Under the pieces are notes generated by a model, which saw nothing but the letters and a program-made list of their open reading frames with translations, was not told where the DNA came from and did not search any database. The translations under genes and the position numbers were made by a program. From assembly GCA_963786255.1 (NCBI GenBank), contig CAWAYY010000021.1, forward strand, positions 3,840 to 67,839: a stretch of DNA of 64,000 nt, in the 5' to 3' direction. Of this stretch, positions 60,723 through 64,000 are shown piece by piece; the stretch's first letter is position 1, and the number at the start of each line of letters is the position of its first letter. Source of the DNA: Pirellulales bacterium. Lineage in GTDB: Bacteria; Planctomycetota; Planctomycetia; Pirellulales; JAICIG01.

Positions 60723-61365
60723 CGTTGATGCCGCTCATGTCCCCTTCGCGGCTACCGGCGTAGTTCGCCTGACCAGCCTGAACGAGCACGGGCGTATTCA
60801 TGGCCCCCGCGGTATCGCTCGCCGCGCGGCCTGTGACGTAGGTCGACATGAACTGGCCGGCGGTTGTGCCCGATGCGGTGAATACCATGCCGATATCGCC
60901 CTGCTGGTTGATGGCGATGGCGGGATAGGCATAGTACGTGTTCGGTCCGCCGGTCACATCGCCCTGCTGCATCAGCGTGGGCGTGCCGCTGCTGGCATCG
61001 ATTTCGTACCACTGGATCTCATCGACGTTGCCGACGGCGTCGGAAACCGCGTGAGCCGCCACGATTACGCCGTTCACCATCGACGCGCTCATGATCCGCG
61101 AATCGGTGCCTGTCGTGATCGCCGAGCCGTCAGGCTGCAATTCAGGCACGGCCTGGTGATAGGGGATCACCGGCAGAGTGGTCGTGGTGAGCGTGGGGGT
61201 GTTAGTAAAGCAAATTCGACATCTTGATGACGTCGACCGACTGATTGTCGCCGTGCTCGGTGACAAACCACATGGGATCGCCCGGCTGCGAGTCTTGCAT
61301 GGCCGTCGGCCGCAGGTTGTACGCGCCGGCCACGTCGTGCTGAAACGCGTTGACGCCGAGCGCAA
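60448..61365 (-). CDS. giant exoprotein 1, segment 4 of 16 (unassigned globular region, part 3)
   Basis: In frame from about 61210: TNTPTLTTTTLPVIPYHQAVPELQPDGSAITTGTDSRIMSASMVNGVIVAAHAVSD..EIQWYEIDASSGTPTLMQQGDVTGGPNTYYAYPAIAINQQGDIGMVFTASG...SGINVDSDGSFWGASEVA. Propeller-like by eye; no family recognised. Confidence 0.7.
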   Translation of the reverse strand: MRSASTRFSTTWPARTTCGRRPCKTRSRAIPCGLSPSTATISRSTSSRCRICFTNTPTLTTTTLPVIPYHQAVPELQPDGSAITTGTDSRIMSASMVNGVIVAAHAVSDAVGNVDEIQWYEIDASSGTPTLMQQGDVTGGPNTYYAYPAIAINQQGDIGMVFTASGTTAGQFMSTYVTGRAASDTAGAMNTPVLVQAGQANYAGSREGDMSGINVDSDGSFWGASEVAQASGDWATAVAHFTISPSSAQKRYVRQRDGTAGLARRRTARPAAFGPADGDLQRQHQPAIHHQRSRVSRRQGRPRAP

Positions 61366-61462
61366 GGGGCGTGCCGCTCGTCAGCGCGCTGATCGAAATG
61401 GAATTCACCAGCACGTGTGGGACGTTGAAAAGCGTGTAATCGAAGCTGTTTTCCGTGATCAC
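61202..61462 (-). CDS. giant exoprotein 1, segment 3 of 16 (unassigned globular region, part 2)
   Basis: The frame is open upstream to about 61596 (IGRANSFTAADWNFFELNTSEPGIAIQDYPGNIGYTADALVITENSFDYTLFNVPHVLVNSISISALTSG...WFVTEHGDNQSVDVIKMSNL). Confidence 0.7.
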   Translation of the reverse strand: MITENSFDYTLFNVPHVLVNSISISALTSGTPLALGVNAFQHDVAGAYNLRPTAMQDSQPGDPMWFVTEHGDNQSVDVIKMSNLLY

Positions 61463-61530
61463 CAGGGCGTCGGCGGTGTAACCGATATTGCCGGGGTAGT
61501 CCTGGATTGCGATGCCCGGTTCGGAGGTGT

Positions 61531-61986
61531 TCAGTTCAAAGAAGTTCCAATCCGCGGCGGTAAACGAGTTGGCGCGGCCGATTTCGATACGGCCAGCACG
61601 ATCGCATCGCTGCCGGCTTCGTTCGTGTAGATATCGGCGACGACAAAACGCTGCACCGAAGGAACAAAGGTGCTGAAGGCGTCGCCCAGGAAAGAGCCCG
61701 GGTTGGTTGTCAGGCCGCCAGTCGTGAAAAAGAGAGTGTTGAGCGAGTCGGTGGCGATGGTCGCCCCGGTAGTCTTGCTGAAAAGGGAAACCGCGGTATT
61801 GACGGTCTCGACGTAGCTGCTCGGCCCGACGGCGCCTTGAGTGTCGGGCGGCTCGATACCGTAGCCGTTAAGCGTCTGATTCGACGTGTTGCTAATGCCT
61901 TGAAAATGGTTGACAAGGTTGACCGGGGGCGTCGCCACGACGGGCTGGAGCGTCGTGGCCGGCACTTCGTCATTACCGATCCGCAA
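61531..61986 (-). CDS. giant exoprotein 1, segment 2 of 16 (unassigned globular region, part 1)
   Basis: The frame is open upstream to about 62022 (STALGSGNGAFRLRIGNDEVPATTLQPVVATPPVNLVNHFQGISNTSNQTLNGYGIEPPDTQGAVGPSSYVETVNTAVSLFSKTTG...). In frame down to about 61596. Confidence 0.7.
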   Translation of the reverse strand: MRIGNDEVPATTLQPVVATPPVNLVNHFQGISNTSNQTLNGYGIEPPDTQGAVGPSSYVETVNTAVSLFSKTTGATIATDSLNTLFFTTGGLTTNPGSFLGDAFSTFVPSVQRFVVADIYTNEAGSDAIVLAVSKSAAPTRLPPRIGTSLN

Positions 61987-62921
61987 GCGGAAGGCGCCGT
62001 TGCCCGAACCGAGCGCAGTCGAGATTGAAGCCCGACTGGAACACGATTCGCGCTTCGTTATTCAGCGCGTCGTACTGGACGGAACCGGGCACGTGGATGG
62101 TCCCGTCGGCCCTTGGAAACGGATCCTCGAAGATCGCCTGCGGGTCAGGGACGTAAGTCACGTCGTCGGTCGTGGTCGCCGTGTTCTGTGTGGCGATGAG
62201 CTGGAATTGGCTGGCGCTCAGTTGCGTGCGATCGCCCGGCAGCGTCTGAACGGGGGCGTTGAAGTAGACGTCGATCTCGTTGTTGTGCGGCGTGAGCACG
62301 CCATTGCTGTCACGCGTGACCGGCTGCGGCACGACCGAGAGCACTTGCGGACCGAGTTGCAGCCGGAAGTCCTGCGTGACGTTTTGGCCGCCGTTGAAGG
62401 ATAAAGCCGGGCGTGCCGTGTCCTTCAACGCGCCGGCGCCGGCGCCGACGACGGTGATCTGGTAGAGATCGTCCGGCAGCGGCGAGCTGAAGCGCATCAC
62501 CACCTGGTTGGGCTGCGCGGGATCGATGCCGATGTAGCCGGGCGTAATCGCGACATCGTTGCCGTTGTAGCCGACCGACCGATCGTTCGCGTCGAAAACT
62601 CCGTCGCCGCCCGTGCCCTCAAGCTGAACGCCGCTGAGCGTGTTCGGATCGAGCGTTTCGCCAGCCGAAAGCAGGAAACGGAACGTGAGCTGCGTCGGCG
62701 CCGTGTGCAGCGTTGCGTTCGGGAGCAGCACGCTGCCATCGTTGGGAATGATGGAGATGAGCTGCGGCCCGCTGGTGAGCAGCAAGCGCCCTTCCAAGGC
62801 TTCCAGGCTGCGGCTTTCGGCCTTGCCTACTTTGCCTGACTTGCCCCGACGAGTATTGGAACGCCGCGAGACGCGACCGCTGCGCAGAATCCCACTGACG
62901 GAACGACTGCCAAACGCCCAT
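61973..62921 (-). CDS. giant exoprotein 1, segment 1 of 16 (basic leader, SLEALEGRLLL motif, Ig-like sandwiches)
   Basis: The only plausible start is ATG 62921 (MGVWQSFRQWDSAQRSRLAA...). A break near 62855 leads into ...RRSNTRRGKSGKVGKAESRSLEALEGRLLLTSGPQLISIIPNDGSVLLPNATLHTAPTQLTFRF... (ORF 61973..62797). It is preceded by an ~820-nt non-coding region. Confidence 0.75.
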
Positions 62922-63744
62922 GTCCTTCGATCCCCCTGAAATCGTAAAAAAATTGTCCTGGCCCGGCGCCGTCGAGACGCCTAATTGGACAATGGCAAAC
63001 GTTGACGATTGTGATCCGACGCTACAACGAACGCAACAGAATGGTTTAGGGAAAATAAAAAAAGACGCGGAACTGGGGCGCAAGGCCGCCCGGGCCGATC
63101 GCAATCCCCGGTCCGGCCCGCCGTGGCGGCGGCTTCACGCTCGGCGGGCGTGCTGGCCGGGCCGGTGCCTGGCGCATCGCCAGGCAGATTAGGAGTGGAT
63201 CTCGGGGTGAGAATCGGAGCAGGGCAGGGGCGCTGGCGCTCTGTCAGGGCCCCTGCGGCATATCTTCGCGGACGTGGTGCGTGCCGCAGCAGTGGGCTCG
63301 AGGCACGCGAGACTTCTATGCCATGCCTGTCAGATTCCAGAGAGATTTCATGGCGAAGATTAGCTATCGAAAGTAATTGTGATAAAGGAAATTAAAAAAA
63401 TGTTGATTTATAGATTTTGTCCGTTAAGATAGCCGCTGAACAGGAACAAAGAAGCGGCTCGGAAGGAACGTTCGCCCCGCGGGCGGCGTTCCTGATTAAG
63501 ACTTCTCGATGGCGGTTGGTTCACGCCCCAGCGTTCGCTGGCGGAGGCTGCCGATGTTCTTGGATAATTGCCGCCCTGGGGCGGCGGTTCTTGGGCGCTG
63601 CGCGCCGCCTGTCGTCTTTCCGTTCTGTATCGAGTCGAGCTCTCGATTCGAAGCCGGGCTTTCCGCCCAAACCTGCACTCTTTGTCACTTCCTTGAGTAG
63701 GAGCGTCTCCATGTGTTTTCGTCCCCGGTCTGTTGCAGTGCGCG

Positions 63745-64000
63745 GTGCGCGGTTTCACGCTGGTCGAGCTGTTGGTCGTGATTGCCATCATCGGCATTTT
63801 GATCGCCCTGTTGTTGCCGGCCGTGCAGGCCGCACGTGAGGCGGCGCGGCGTTCGCAATGCTTGAACAACTTGAAGCAAATCGGTCTGGGGCTGCAGAAC
63901 TATCTGGATATCAATCGCTGTTTTCCGCCGTCATCGATCAACGCCGGATTCTACGGCAGCAGCAGCACGGCGTTTGCTTGGGGTCCGGGCCAGATGACCA
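63745..64000 (+). CDS. DUF1559 / prepilin-type N-terminal cleavage-methylation domain protein (5' part; continues past right edge)
   Basis: From GTG 63745: [85 protein letters not shown].... This is the classic planctomycete [17 protein letters not shown]...[14 protein letters not shown]...C.NNLKQ signature. The alternative is ATG 63711 plus a frame break. Confidence 0.85.
   Translation, partial: MRGFTLVELLVVIAIIGILIALLLPAVQAAREAARRSQCLNNLKQIGLGLQNYLDINRCFPPSSINAGFYGSSSTAFAWGPGQMT

Noticed and set aside
41858-62921. Programmed ribosomal frameshifting or recoding as the explanation for the many frame changes.
   Set aside because: The breaks go in both directions and lack shared slippery heptamers or downstream structures. 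They occur at the same density in ATPase, icd and sugar genes, and several lie in homopolymers. Sequencing or assembly indels fit better.
63408-63879. ORFs 63408..63869 (-), 63417..63839 (+) and smaller ones in the right-hand intergenic region.
   Set aside because: They are mutually antisense, compositionally odd and domain-free, and the plus-strand one runs out of frame into the DUF1559 N-terminus.

Overview
GC-rich bacterial chromosomal segment with a Planctomycetota-like gene repertoire: a DUF1501 plus DUF1549/DUF1553 pair, a DUF1559 prepilin-type protein, and giant exoproteins with LExR-LL leaders. Left to right: (1) a membrane-protein fragment. (2) A DUF2254 membrane protein. (3) A complete N-type F-ATPase operon in atpDCQRBEFAG order on the minus strand (1992-8644). 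(4) A ~1,630-codon exoprotein (9033-13925) with a propeller-like domain, 10 PKD-like repeats and DUF4214 modules. (5) DUF1501 and DUF1549/DUF1553 genes. (6) A transglutaminase-like secreted protein. (7) A plus-strand nine-gene glycan operon (19340-30551) encoding CDP-3,6-dideoxyhexose enzymes RfbF/RfbG/RfbH, an SDR, a GT2, a split transketolase and two large polytopic membrane proteins. (8) A small Tyr-rich secreted protein. (9) An NAD-type isocitrate dehydrogenase. (10) Two giant minus-strand exoprotein genes, ~2,900 codons (32613-41362) and ~7,000 codons (41858-62921), built from SBBP, beta-helix, metzincin, PPC-like and ~110-aa Ig/cadherin-like repeats and ending in DUF4214 modules. (11) The start of a DUF1559 protein. 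The dominant technical feature is roughly 50 frame breaks, about one per 1.3 kb. They interrupt conserved housekeeping genes and giant genes alike, several inside homopolymers, so most ORFs in the track are fragments of larger genes. I read this as uncorrected indel error rather than pseudogenisation, but cannot prove it from sequence alone. I recognised no rRNA, tRNA, CRISPR array or mobile element.
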